From the NCBI RefSeq assembly GCF_006345805.1, contig NC_043014.1, positions 32,922,001 to 32,986,000 of the forward strand: DNA of 64,000 nt, in the 5' to 3' direction. The stretch is from Octopus sinensis. Taxonomy: Eukaryota. The position numbers and the translations under genes were made by a program. Positions 25,745 to 37,964 of this stretch are shown here, piece after piece; position 1 is the stretch's first letter; every line of letters starts with the position of its first letter. Under the pieces are notes generated by a model that made no database searches, was not told the origin of the DNA, and was given only the letters and a program-made list of their open reading frames with translations.

Positions 25745-26440
25745 ACATCGTCATCATTTAGCATCTGTTTTCCATGCTGGCATGGGTTAGATGGTTTGAC
25801 TGGGACAGATAAGCCGGAGAGCTGTACCAGACTCCAGTCTGATCTGGCTTCATTTCTGCAGCTGAATCCCCATTCCCCTGGGTGGAGACACATGGTTAGA
25901 TAGAGCAGTGGACTCGTGGTCGAGGGATCGTGTGTTCGAATCTCAGACCGGGTGATGTGTGTGTTTATGAGCGAAACACCTAAGCTCCATGCGGCTCCGG
26001 CAGAAGGTAATAGTGAACTTCTGCTGACTCTTTCACCACAACTTTTTCTCACTATTTCTTCCTGCATCTTGCAGCTCACCTGCGATGGACCAGCATCTCA
26101 TCCAGGTGGGGAACCTATACGCCAAGGAAACCGGGAAACCGGCCCTTATGAGCCAGGCATGGCTCGAGAAGGAACAAATGAAGCTGAATCCCCTTCCTAA
26201 CACCAACCACTCCAAGAGTGTAGTGAATGCCTTTTACATGTCACCAGCATGGGTGTCTTTATGTGTCACTGGCACTGGCCATGACTACAGTTTCACTTGG
26301 CTTGACATGTCTTCTCAAATACAACAAATTACCAAAGGTCTCAATCACTTGTCATCACCTCTGTGAGACTCAACAGCCAAAGATCATGTTTCACCATCTC
26401 ATCCCATGTCTTCCTGGGTTTACCTCTTCCACAAGTTCCC
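25745..26440 (-). mobile_element. RTE 3' end interrupted by family V SINE
   Basis: Tail homology; 26310-26440 matches the RTE ORF2 C-terminus at 58690-58830. Confidence 0.75.
25883..26180 (+). mobile_element. Family V SINE
   Basis: Homologous to 1698-2005; flanking duplication agctgaatcccc at 25860-25871 and 26182-26193. Confidence 0.85.
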
Positions 26441-26599
26441 TGCATATTGAGCATAACTATTTCCCTATTGGTATCAGAGTCCTGTCTTCTTCCCTATGCA
26501 CTAAAGGTTTAGCCTTTGTAAAGTTTAATCCAAAGCTTCTTGATTCTAGGTTTTAATAATTTTTTTTCCTTTACTTCTGGAAAATCTTACTTGGGACAA

Positions 26600-26990
26600 C
26601 AATTTTAGCTAAAATGCCTGTCAAAGCTATACATTTTTAGCTAAAACTGTATCAGAGTTTTGTGTTTAACTAAAAAATTCTAGAAAGTTCTAACATATGG
26701 CTATAAACTCTGTCAGGGCCTTTCATTTAGTTAAAAGCTGTAACAGAACATTATGTTTAGCTAAAAACTTTATAAGGGTGTCTTCATTTAGTAAAACCTC
26801 CAGAGTGTTATGTTTAGCTAAAAGCATTAAAAAGCAATCCCTTTTAGTTTTTAGTTAAAATCTTTATCTGCCTTATGTTTAGCTAAAAGCTTTATTAGCC
26901 TGTATATTTAACTAAACACTCTGAAAGAGACTTACTTATATTTAACTAAAAACTCTATTAAGTGTTTTCATTTTGTCCAAAACTCTACAA
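26600..26990. repeat. Diverged ~30-bp periodic array with palindromic core TTTAGCTAAA
   Basis: Cores at ~26604, 26636, 26665, 26696, 26726, 26756, 26787, 26813, 26850, 26878, 26907, 26941. Confidence 0.75.
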
Positions 26991-28474
26991 TCAAAATTCT
27001 TTCATTGATAATAGTTATTTATCAGTTTTAGATTTTGTTGTTCTGTTTGGTTTTTATTGTGATATTTCATATAGAACAAGTTAATGATTCATCTTCTAAT
27101 TGATTCTATTTCCCCAATCAAACCTCTTTCTGTACATAAATTCTGTTAAAAAATTTTTCTTGGCGGTTTCATCTAACAGAAAAAAAAATTAAAAGCTAAA
27201 GAAAGAGTTTAAACTAAATACACAAACACACATGCACAGACACACAGATACACAGACATGCACATGTACACACATACATGTCCATGTACACATATAGACA
27301 CATGCTCGCATTCACATATATATGCACATACATGTGCACACATGCATACATGTTGATGCATATATTTACATAAATGCACATACATATATACTGATGCATA
27401 CACACACACATACAAATGCACATATACATCCACACAAATGCATACATGCAGACACAAACCTCACATGCACACACATATATACCTACACACAAACATACAA
27501 ACACACACACACACCAATTTTTAAACAGTGGAGAATAAAGAAAGAAATTTGGTTGAAAAAAGGTCATCAGTGAATTTCAGTGGAAATCAAAAAGCTTGAA
27601 AACATAAAACAACCAATTAAGAGAGAGTACTCAGGAATGTGGAGTGATGGTTGATGGGAAGGAATTGCTGGCAGTTAAATGAAGAGCTTTATTTTGATAA
27701 AAATTCCCGTAAGGGTTCTTAAGAGAGGAAAAAATATCCTAATAAGGGATCCCCTAAGTTTTTTACGGAAAAAGAGAAGGACTATTAAAGGAAGAGTTTT
27801 GTTTTGCAAAAATTCTCCATCAGAGAGTTCAAACAAAAAAAAAAGAAACAAAAGAATCTCTTGAGAGTTCTTAACTGAAAAAAAAAACGATTTTTTTTAA
27901 TGCGTAAATGTCCGTTACAGAGTTTTAACAGGAATGGGGAAATAATTACAGAAAATAATTTTTAATTCATTTAAGAACATTTGAGAGTTTTGGCTGAACT
28001 AATTTAAAATAATTAAATAATTTAGAATAATTTTCGAGCTGAAAAAAAAGATAGAAAACGTTTAAAGGAGAAAAAAAGGATTTCATATTTTAACTGGAAA
28101 CGAGTCAATGTGGAAGAGTTTTGACTGAAAATTAAAGAGCACATCTGCTGAAAAACTAAATTTAAATATTTTCTCAGACCTTCCTAACAAATAAGAATGA
28201 TGATTAAAATATCATTAGAAATAAAATGTATCATTTGATGTTTAATACAAGCAATGTATTGAAAAGTATATGCATCTTATACTCTGTTTTTATAGACTTC
28301 CCTGTCAGAGGACAACAGTTGAGGGCTCAGCAATTTCTTACTGAGAAACCTGCACAGATGATTTGTTTATAGAGATCAAATGTTTGTGTAGTACATTAGC
28401 CCTCCATCAAATCGCCATTGCCTGAACAGGTATATGGTGAGCTGCACATCAGATGTCAAAGTGATCTCAGAGCA

Positions 28475-28883
28475 ACATAAAAAAAAATTATTAACCATCT
28501 TACAAACAATAACTCTGAGCACCTTTTCAAACTCCACCTGTCTTACACCCGTGGACATGTTTACAAAGTCAGAAAACAGCACAGCTCCCATGACTTTCGG
28601 ACACATTTTTTCATGCTAAGAGTTGCTGAAGCATGGAACAAACTGTCGGCATCAGTTGTTAGTTGTCGAAGCACTGCATCCTTCAAAACTTCCATGCTTC
28701 CTGAGATTCACCAACACTACACCTGATTTTCTCCCCTCCATACACACGCAAGAATGTATCTGACTCATACACTGTTCACTTCCCAGACATTTGTACATTA
28801 CTGCATATGCTTTATACGCACTTTTGACAAGTTGTGATGCACCTGAGCACTGTATACAATAATTTCATTATATTATTATTATT
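28475..28883 (+). mobile_element. 5'-truncated CR1-type LINE 3' end
   Basis: Homologous to 42880-43198 (aacagcacagctcccatgactttcgg; gcacctgagcactgta; (att)n tail) with a longer 3'UTR. Confidence 0.85.
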
Positions 28884-29417
28884 TAAAGTGTTTGGTTCAA
28901 AAATACAACACATTGCCTGAGCCAGGAATCGAAACCACAATCTTGCAACCATGAGTACAACACTCTAACCACTAAGCCATAAATAAGCACCTACATATAT
29001 GAAATGCATATGCATGTGAAAATGCAGGGCATGTTTGAGTAGTTCCTTCAGCATGACATCATTGGCAAGCGCACACTATTTACCAGACTGGTGTCTGACT
29101 CTTGATTGTTGTTTTCACTACTTTTCAGCTGTTATATACTCCAGCCCTGTTCAGGTTCCTTGTATCAGAATTTCGAACTTAACCATGGGGATACACCGTT
29201 CTCATTCTACTCTCTGCATTTCGTGGCATTTTTCCCTTCAGTTGATTCTTTGTGAATTCACCTTAGTAGGATTGAACTCAGGACCTCCAGATGATCACAC
29301 TGCATTAACCAACTCTTTTATCCACTATGCTATGCTCATAGGCAGTGTCAGAGTGAATTTTTTAAGGGTTATAAACCTAATGTCCATCAAATTTATTATC
29401 ATTGTTACTATTGTGGA

Positions 29418-29635
29418 AAGGTGGTGAGCTGGTGGAATTGTTAGCATACCAGGCAAAATGCTTAGCAGCATTTTGTCTGTCCTTACATTTGGAGTTCAAA
29501 TTCCACTGGGGTCAACTTTGTCTTTCATCCATTTGGAGTCTATAAAATACATACCAGTTGAATACTGGGGTTGATGTAACTGACAAGCCCCCTCTTCCTA
29601 GAATTTCAGGCCTTGAGCCTATAGTACAAAGGATT
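29418..29635 (+). mobile_element. Family M SINE (diverged)
   Basis: aaggtggtgagctgg head; ggtcaactttgtctttcatcc. Confidence 0.75.
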
Positions 29636-30065
29636 ATTATCATTGTTTAAATCTGCTCTTTTTCTTTTATATTTTAGTTCCTGGTCAAGCCAAGACTTGT
29701 GTGTGAAAATGAGTTGACAGATATACTACGGAAGCCTGTCAGATGGATGGATCAAATACATATAAACATTACTGTAAGGCTGGCTCCATCTTCATGGTGG
29801 AAAGATTGGCATCCATATAGCTATATGCCTGTCTTTCCACTACTGGTTACATATCGTTGACTTTTTGTATGCTCCATCTGCCAATAGTGTAACTATTACA
29901 TAATACTGAGCCCAAAGAAACAGCTGTTAGAACTAAAATACTATGCCCTCTCCCTTTAGTTTTCTGTAGTTTTGTACTCCATGTAAATTTGTTTTGTAAA
30001 TATATAAATATCCATATGCTTATACACAAATGTCCATCTGAATATTTTCGGTTTTTGCTTCCCTT

Positions 30066-30096
<31 letters not shown>

Positions 30097-30129
30097 GTAC
30101 CCTTATATATATTCAAATGCAATGGTAGG

Positions 30130-30333
30130 AGGGAACAAACACAGACACACAAATACATACACACATATATTTATATATATATACACAACAAGCTTCTTTC
30201 AAATCCACTCACAAGGCTTTGATCGGCCCAAGGCTATGGTAGAAAACACTTGCCCAAGGTGCCACGCAGTGGGACTGAACCCGCAACCATGTGGTTGGGA
30301 AGCAAGCTTCTTACCGCACAGCCATACCTGCGT
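30130..30333 (-). mobile_element. SINE family A 5' half
   Basis: Reverse-complement head. Confidence 0.8.
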
Positions 30334-30364
30334 CTATATATGTGTGTATATATATATATCTATA

Positions 30365-30416
<52 letters not shown>

Positions 30417-30499
30417 CAAATTATATATATTATATATATATCATCGATGATGATGATGATATATATATATATATATATATATATCATCGATGATGATGA

Positions 30500-30557
<58 letters not shown>

Positions 30558-30630
30558 TATATACATACAAATTATATATATATATATATACACACATGTA
30601 TATTATATTATAAATATATATATTTATATA

Positions 30631-30668
<38 letters not shown>

Positions 30669-31044
30669 TTTGTCTTAATGTCTTTTATCAATATTAACCA
30701 CATACCAATCTTCTAAAGAAGCAACTCCATTTCTTCAATGATATTTTCAATTGCGGCAATCTCTTTGATAATGTTTCCACTCAAAACAATTTCCTTTTAA
30801 TGCTATTTTTACATCCAAATTCCTCCCCACTTTCATTGCCTTCTTTTCTAGTGGGGTGCCTGTGGAGTCGTTTTACAGTGTTATTTTTCTGGGGTGGAAA
30901 AGGGTTGTTTCATTTCAGGGTCACATTATTTATATGTAACAGCAAGTCCAGTTCTGAAAATAGCCACTTCACCCATCAGAGAGAGGAAGGCATTTTTACT
31001 TGTGAGCGTTTGTAAATGTAGAAGGAGTGAGACAGGGTTGCCTT

Positions 31045-31614
31045 TTTGTTGCTGCCACTGTTGTTGTTGTTATTGTTGTTGTTGTTGTTGGCTATTGTTG
31101 CTTATTTTTGGAAACAGGGCTTCTCATTGCTTGCTATTTTTGTTGCATTTTGTTTGTTTATTGCTATTGTTATTGTTATTGTTGTTGTCATATCACTTAT
31201 TCTTACTATAGTTGTTCTTAACAGTTGCTATTATTATTGTTCTTGTTATTGTCATTGCCGTCAATGATGTTGTTGTTGTTGTTGTTGTTGCTGCTGACAC
31301 CACTGCTGCTGTTGCCACCACTGCTGCTGCTGCTGTTGCTGTTGCTGCTACTGTTGTTGTTGCTATTGTTGTTGCTGTTGCTATTGTTGTTGCTGCTTTG
31401 CTGTTGTTGTTGTTATTGTTGTTGCTGCTTTGCTGTTGTTGTTGTTGTTGTTGTTGCTGCTTTGCTGCTGTTGTTGTTATTGTTGTTGCTGTTGTTATTG
31501 TTGTTGCTGCTTTGCTGTTGTTGTTGTTATTGTTGTTGCTGCTGCTTTGCTGTTGTTGTTGTTGTTGTTGCTGTTGTTGTTGTTGTTGTTGTTATTGTTG
31601 TTGCTGCTTTGCTG

Positions 31615-31647
<33 letters not shown>

Positions 31648-32640
31648 GTTGTTGTTGTTGCTGTTGTTGTTGTTGCTGTTGTTGTTGCTGTTGTTGTTGT
31701 TGTTGTTATTGTTGCTACTTTGCTGTTGTTGTTGTTGTTATTGTTGTTGCTGCTTTGCCTTTGTTGTTGTTGTTATTGTTGTTGCTGTTTTGCTGTTGTT
31801 GTTGTTCTTCTTCTTCTTCTTGTTCTTGTTGTTGTTGTTGCTGTTGTTATTGTTGTTGCTGCTTTGCTGTTGTTGTTGTTGTTGTTGTTGTTGCTGCTGC
31901 TGATTTGCTGTTGTTATTGTTGTTGCTGTTGTTTCTGTTGCTGTTGTTGCTGTTGTTGTTGTTGTTGTTGTTATTGTTGCTGCTTTGCTGTTGTTGTTGT
32001 TGTTATTGTTGTTGCTGCTTTGCCTTTGTTGTTGTTGTTATTGTTATTGTTGTTGTTATTGTTGTTGCTGTTTTGCTGTTGTTGTTGTTGTTGTTCTTGT
32101 TCTTGTTGTTGTTGCTGTTGTTATTGTTGTTGCTGCTTTGCTGTTGTTGTTGTTGTTGTTGTTGTTGCTGCTTTGCTGTTGTTGCTGTTGTTGTTGTTAT
32201 TGTTGTTGTTGTTGTTATTGTTGCTGTTGTTATTGTTGTTGCTGCTTTGCTGTTGTTGTTGTTGTTGTTATTGTTGTTGCTGCTTTGTTGTTGTTGTTGT
32301 TGTTGTTGTTGTTATTTTTGTTGTTATTGTTGTTGCTGCTTTGCTGTTGTTCTTGTTGTTGTTGCTGTTGTTATTGTTGTTGCTGCTTTGCTGTTGTTGC
32401 TGTTGCTGTTATTGTTATTGTTGTTGTTATTGTTGTTGCTATTGTTGTTGTTGCTGTTGACGTTGTTGTCATCACAGTTGATGTTGTTGTTCCCTTTCCT
32501 TGCTACCATGCTTGTTTTTCTTGTTACTATCGGTTTTTTTTATTGTTGTCATTCCAAATGTTACTGTTATCATTGTTGTTGCTGCTATTGTTTGTTTTTT
32601 ATTTATTTAAACTCTCATTATTATTATTACTGCATTAGTT
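31045..32640. repeat. ~1.6-kb (TTG)n-based compound repeat with higher-order unit gctgctttgctgttgtt..ttattgttgtt
   Basis: Seen directly; explains the 478/411-aa poly-L/V/C ORFs. Confidence 0.95.
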
Positions 32641-33059
32641 ATCACTAAAGTTATCGCTGCTGTTGTGGTCTTTCTACCACATTTTACTTTCACTTTCCAT
32701 TAGCACATATATACATATGCACATCCATGTGCCTGCATGTGTTCTCACTTATGCGTAGACATGTGTTTGTGCATCTGTACACATACATATATGCAGGTGT
32801 ACACATACATATATGCAGGTGTACACATACACATATGCAGGTGTATGCATATATCTTCTCGTCAGTGTAACAAGCATGAAAGAATGAAGAAAATATCAAA
32901 ATATTTTATTTCTATAATTTGTTTATCATTTAGTATGCAATGGAATGATATTTCAGAATGCAATGCAAATCCCTGTACCATCACCACCACAAATTATATT
33001 ACCAATCACAGTGACATGAAGAAATAGAAACTTCAGAAAGTATTTGTTCCAGAAATGGG

Positions 33060-34120
33060 TCTTTATAGTCAGAATAAACATTGTATTGATCAGGTTCTCT
33101 ATTAATTATCTACTAAGTAGCTTTCATTAATCACTGGAAACCACATTTTATTAATTAGCTTTTGTGATTACAAAATACACTTAATTAATTTACATACATA
33201 GTGAGAAGAAATAATTTATCATTGTCCAGCCTTCATAGTCAGAACATGTAAAAGATGTATTAATCAGCATTTATAATCAGAAGAAACACTTTCTTGAGTA
33301 GTGTTCGAAATCAGAAAAAAAGAGAAAAGTAAATGAGATATCAACTAATTGATTAACAAGCATTCATAGTCCCAATAAACAGTTCATTGTCTAGTTTTTA
33401 CAGATTTATTAACTCTATTTCAAAATCATAAAGCTATCACTTGATAACCTGAGCCATTAGCCTTCACAGTAATAGGAACCAATTCATTGGCTGTTCTTCA
33501 TACTTTACAGGAAAATACATTGACCAGCCTTCACAGTTGCAAAAATACAAATCCTTGACTGTTGTTCACAGTTATAGAGAACGTACAAGAGGTAGTGATA
33601 AGTTTCTGGCTTTGGGTAAGAGAAAATACAGGAGAATCATTAAATTATAATTCTATTCACCATATTACATATGTGTGTGGTTGTGTATTCATATGTATGC
33701 AGGGTTGCTGAAAAGTTCCTGGCTTTCGGTGAAAGAAAACACAAGAAGATCAGTTAATTATGATTTTATTGAACATATTCCTCTTTCAGATTCACGCACT
33801 TATTACAGCAGTTCTTCAGTTTTTCTAAACCCTATAAAGGAACTCAGAATTTTGGGCCTTCCAACCAGTCCTTTCGTGGTACCCTTAAATCCAGGAACTT
33901 TTCTATTCAACTTTTTTATTCAACATATTCCTCTCTCAGATTCATTACAGCAGTTCTTCAGTTTTTCTAAACCCTATAAAGGAACTCAGAATTTAGGGTC
34001 TTCCAACCAGGCCTTTCATGGTACCCTTAAAGCCAGGAACTTTTCAGCACCACTCATATTGATTCATGTTCAGTCACAGAAGAAGCATTGACTGATCTTC
34101 ACAGTCACAGAAAATACATT
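33060..34120. repeat. Ancient diverged ~30-40-bp tandem repeat (attgaccagccttcacagtcacagaaaatac)
   Basis: Recurrent ttcatagtcagaa / ttcacagt motifs on both sides of the mariner MITEs. Confidence 0.55.
33698..34056. mobile_element. Mariner-type MITE with internal duplication
   Basis: TIR gctgaaaagttcctggcttt / aaagccaggaacttttcagc; TA flanks; partial copy at ~33585, another copy at 35784. Confidence 0.8.
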
Positions 34121-34193
34121 CCCAAGAGAAGTACGCTTGCTTTGCAGACCTTGGAAAAGCATATGACTGCATGCCACAGCACATGCTGTACAG

Positions 34194-34461
34194 CAGTGGT
34201 TATCAACCAGGGTTCGTATGGTCCTTGGGGGTCTATATAAGATTATAGCTCTTAGTGGGGTCCATATAAGATTTTGTTGTTAAAATTTATCTGCAATAGT
34301 CGTAGGAGTGGCTGTGTGGTAAGTAGCTTGCTTACGAACCACATGGTTTTGAGTTCAGTCCCACAGCATGGCACCTTGGGCAAGTGTCTTCTACTATAGC
34401 CTCGGGCTGACCAAAGCCTTGTGAGTGGATCTGGTAGACGAAAACTGACAGAAGCCCATTG

Positions 34462-34492
<31 letters not shown>

Positions 34493-34959
34493 TATATATG
34501 TATGTATGTATGCATGTATGTATGTACGTGGATCTGGTAGACGAAAACTGAAAGAAGCCCATAGTATATATATATAAAGATATATATATATATATATATG
34601 TATGTATGCATGTATGTATGCATGTATGTTTGTCCCCGTAACTTAGTGGTTCGGCAAAAGAGTCTGATAGAATAAGTACTAGGCTTACATTACAAAGAAT
34701 AAGTCCTGAGGTCGATTTGCTCGACTAAAGGCAGTGCTCCAGCATGGCCACAGTCAAATGACAGAAACAAGTAAAAGAGTAAAAGAGTAATAAATTAGTT
34801 CTACTTCTACAATACACAAAATGATATTTTAACAATTTTGTTTTATACAATTCTTAATAATATCTAATTATGAAAATGCAATAGGATGGCTAGGAAGATC
34901 CATGTGTGTTAGACACAAATCAAAGGGATCCATAGGAAAAAAATGGTTGAGAACCACAA
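34194..34959. mobile_element. hAT/Charlie-like MITE interrupted by SINE A
   Basis: Termini cagtggttatcaacc / ggttgagaaccac. Confidence 0.6.
34297..34790 (+). mobile_element. SINE family A with internal tandem duplication
   Basis: gtggatctggtagacgaaaactga occurs at ~34426 and ~34528. Confidence 0.85.
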
Positions 34960-34991
34960 CAGTAGAGAGATTTGCAGGGGTCTAGGATTAA

Positions 34992-35212
34992 CCCTTTCGT
35001 TTCTGTATTTATTTTGAGATGCTCTGTGTTTCTTTCAATTACTTTAAATATAACAAAGAATTTAGTAAAATAACTTAGTTATCATTCAGCTAGTGTTAGA
35101 AACATTGAATTGTGACTAAGGTTTGGTAGAAGATTTTAACTCAAAACTTATGAAAACAGGGCATTTGTACTCAGAGCCAGAGATGGTTTCAGCCAGGTTG
35201 GTAACGAAAGGG
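34992..35212. mobile_element. piggyBac-like TTAA MITE (family P2)
   Basis: TTAA-ccctttcgtt..aacgaaaggg-TTAA; inverted copy at 49988. Confidence 0.85.
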
Positions 35213-35783
35213 TTAATGTGCAACTTCTGGTTGCCCCAAAATCCTTGTATAAATACCCAGATGTTTGTGTCCAGATAAATGGTGCTAAGTCAAAATGTTT
35301 CAATGTGGGTGTTGGACTTCAGGTAGGAAGTGTAAGTATCACCTCTCCTTTTCATAATTCTTATGAACTGGATTGACCTGCACAGCCATTGTGGAAGAGG
35401 CATCACAATCGGTGGGTGTAGGATTAATTAGTCAACTGATGTTTGCAGATGACATGGTGCTACTTGGCTCATCAGAAAATTATCTCCTGCACTCAATAAC
35501 TCACTTCACTGCTGAGTGCTACAAGGCAGGGATGAGGACTAGAGTTACAAAGACTAAAGCATTGGTCCTCTCACTTCCCAGAGAGGTTCAACCTCAGAAG
35601 GTTTCTAACATCTGCATAAAGCTGAAAGTAATTTGGGAGGGGATTGTGTCAGTTATATCAACCTTCGGGAATTGGCTAATATTTATTTTAGTAAGATCCA
35701 GTAAGATGAAAGGTGATGTTAATTGTAATTGCATGTTCTCTATTTTGCCTTTGAGCAGGTAAACTGAAGTAAGCAGAATTATA

Positions 35784-35985
35784 CAAGTGGTTTGATAAGT
35801 TCTTGGCTTGGGTAAAAGAAAATACAGGAGGATCAGTTAATTATGATTTTATTCAACATATTCCTCTATCAGATTCACACACTTGTTGCAGCAGTCCTTC
35901 AGTTTTTCTAAACCCTGCAAAAGAATTTGGAAGGCTGGGCCCTTTCGTGATGCCCTTAATGCCAGGAACTTTTCAGCACCCCCTG
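35784..35985. mobile_element. Mariner-type MITE
   Basis: Homologous to 33698-34056; TA flanks. Confidence 0.75.
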
Positions 35986-35996
35986 TATGATATATA

Positions 35997-36138
35997 TATT
36001 TCTTTACTACTCACAAGCGGCTAAACACAGAGAGGACAAACAAGGACAGACAAACGAATTAAGACGATTATATCGACCCCAGTGCGTAACTGGTACTTAA
36101 TTTATCGACCCCGAAAGGATGAAAGGCAAAGTCGACCT
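35997..36138 (-). mobile_element. Family M SINE 3' part
   Basis: atcgaccccgaaaggatgaaaggcaaagtcgacc. Confidence 0.8.
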
Positions 36139-36734
36139 AAGACACATACCTTATACAGAGACCTAAAATAATGATTGTATAAACTTATGAAAGAGTATCA
36201 ATGTGGTCTGGTTACTCAACCTGCAAGAAACTGCAGGACAGTGTAGTAGTCGTTTTCATACATAAAAACAGCATGACCATATTTGGAATGCCTTTGTTTA
36301 CAAATTTGTTTGACCATTACTGACCTGGGGTTAAACAACAACAACAGCTGTGGGTTTTAAGATTTAATTTTATTCCCATGTGGTCTCTAGTTTTGGTACC
36401 TTAATCTCACAGCCACTGAACCTATTAAGTACAAGATTCAAAGAATAGAAGATTAGGTGAATTGAAGATTAAATGAATAGAATAAAAGAATTTATAGAAT
36501 AGAATATGGGATTGTCATCATTATAGATTACAAATGAACATCTTCACGATTTGTGAACATGATTTTTCTCAGGCCCAATATCTTTATCAGAGATCGATAA
36601 TGAATAAATTCATTTAGCCATTTCAGATCAATACAAGCAAGAAATTACCATCATTATCATCATCATCACCATTATTCTTATTCTTCTTCTTATTATTATT
36701 ATTATCATCATCATCATTATTGTTATTATTATTC

Positions 36735-36945
36735 AAGGTGGTCAGCTGGCAGAATCATTAGCACAAGGATGAAATGGTTAGCTGTATATCACCCATTGCT
36801 AAGTTCAAATTCCACCAAGGTTGACTTTGCCTTTCACCCTTGTGGGGTCAATGAATTAAGTACCAGTGAAATACTGGGGTCGATGTAATCGACTAATCCT
36901 CTCTCACCAAATTTCAAGCCTTGTGCCTTTAGTAGAAAGGCTCAT
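36735..36945 (+). mobile_element. Family M SINE within an (ATT)n tract
   Basis: Head and Meta-like domain. Confidence 0.8.
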
Positions 36946-37529
36946 TATTATTATTATTATTATTGAATGAGAGAGAAATGCATGCCATCAAAGTGACACT
37001 GGTGTAAAATATACGAAGCCCAGTTTACCCATCATAACTACCTGTCTGATAAGGGTACACCAGGCACATGCATCACAACCATATGTGTGAGACATGGTGA
37101 TAAGATAAACAGCACATGACCTTGCAGGTGGGGCCCAGTTAGAATTTTCTTCTGGTCAAGTAACCCATCCCACTCAAAAGGTCCTTGAATAAGGGTTTTT
37201 TAAGGGTGTTGAACGAAACACCCATGTTTCCAGAGGTGAATTATTCAAACCCCAAAGAATGCCTCTCAACACATGGCTATGATGCTCCCCCACTACTTCC
37301 GCTCGTGATCAGAGATGCACATATCGTCAGCCACTAAGGGACATGCTCAACTGGTTAAGGTCAAACAACTGACAAGCAAATCTGTGGTATTGAGTAGAAT
37401 ATTTGCTGTAGCCCATCTTTTATATCACAACCATATGTGCTAGCAATTTCAGGGGAGGGGGTAAGTGGATTACATCGACCCCCAGGGTTCAACTGGTACT
37501 TATTGTATATATATGTGTGTGTATACTTT

Positions 37530-37923
37530 TATATTCTTATACTTGTTTCAGTCATTTGACTGCAGCCATAGTGGTGCACCACCTTTAGTCGAGCAAATCG
37601 ACTTCTTTGTAAGCCCAGTACTTATTCTATCAGTCTCTTTTGCCAAACCACTGTTACAGGGACGTAAACACACCAGCATCAGTTGTCAAGCAATGTTGGG
37701 GAGACAGACACAGACACACAAATACACACACACACACACACACACACACTTATATACATATACGATGGGGTTCTTCCAGTTTCCATCTACCACATCCAAT
37801 CACAAGACTTTGGTCGGTCCGAGGCTATAGTAGAAGACACTTGCCCAAGGTACCACACAGTGGGACTGAACCCAAAACCATGTGGTTGGTAAGCAAGCAA
37901 CTTACCACACAGCCACTCCTGCA

Positions 37924-37926
<3 letters not shown>
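37530..37926 (-). mobile_element. SINE family A
   Basis: Full reverse copy. Confidence 0.85.

Positions 37927-37962
<36 letters not shown>

Positions 37963-37964
<2 letters not shown>

Larger units (their letters stand above)
34105..35600 (+). mobile_element. Old RTE-like RT fragment carrying nested insertions
   Basis: YACFADLGKAYDCMP (~34130-34175); FNVGVGL..SPLLFIILMNW and LMFADD (~35295-35455). Confidence 0.7.

Noticed and set aside
26600-26990. CRISPR-like repeat-spacer appearance
   Set aside because: Core is only ~10 bp, spacers are related to each other, context is eukaryotic and no cas genes are present
30780-31045. Unique-looking sequence as a possible exon or enhancer
   Set aside because: No clear splice pair or recognisable protein; needs comparative data
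31212-32648. 478-aa and 411-aa ORFs
   Set aside because: Translations of a (TTG)n compound repeat with no domain or codon complexity
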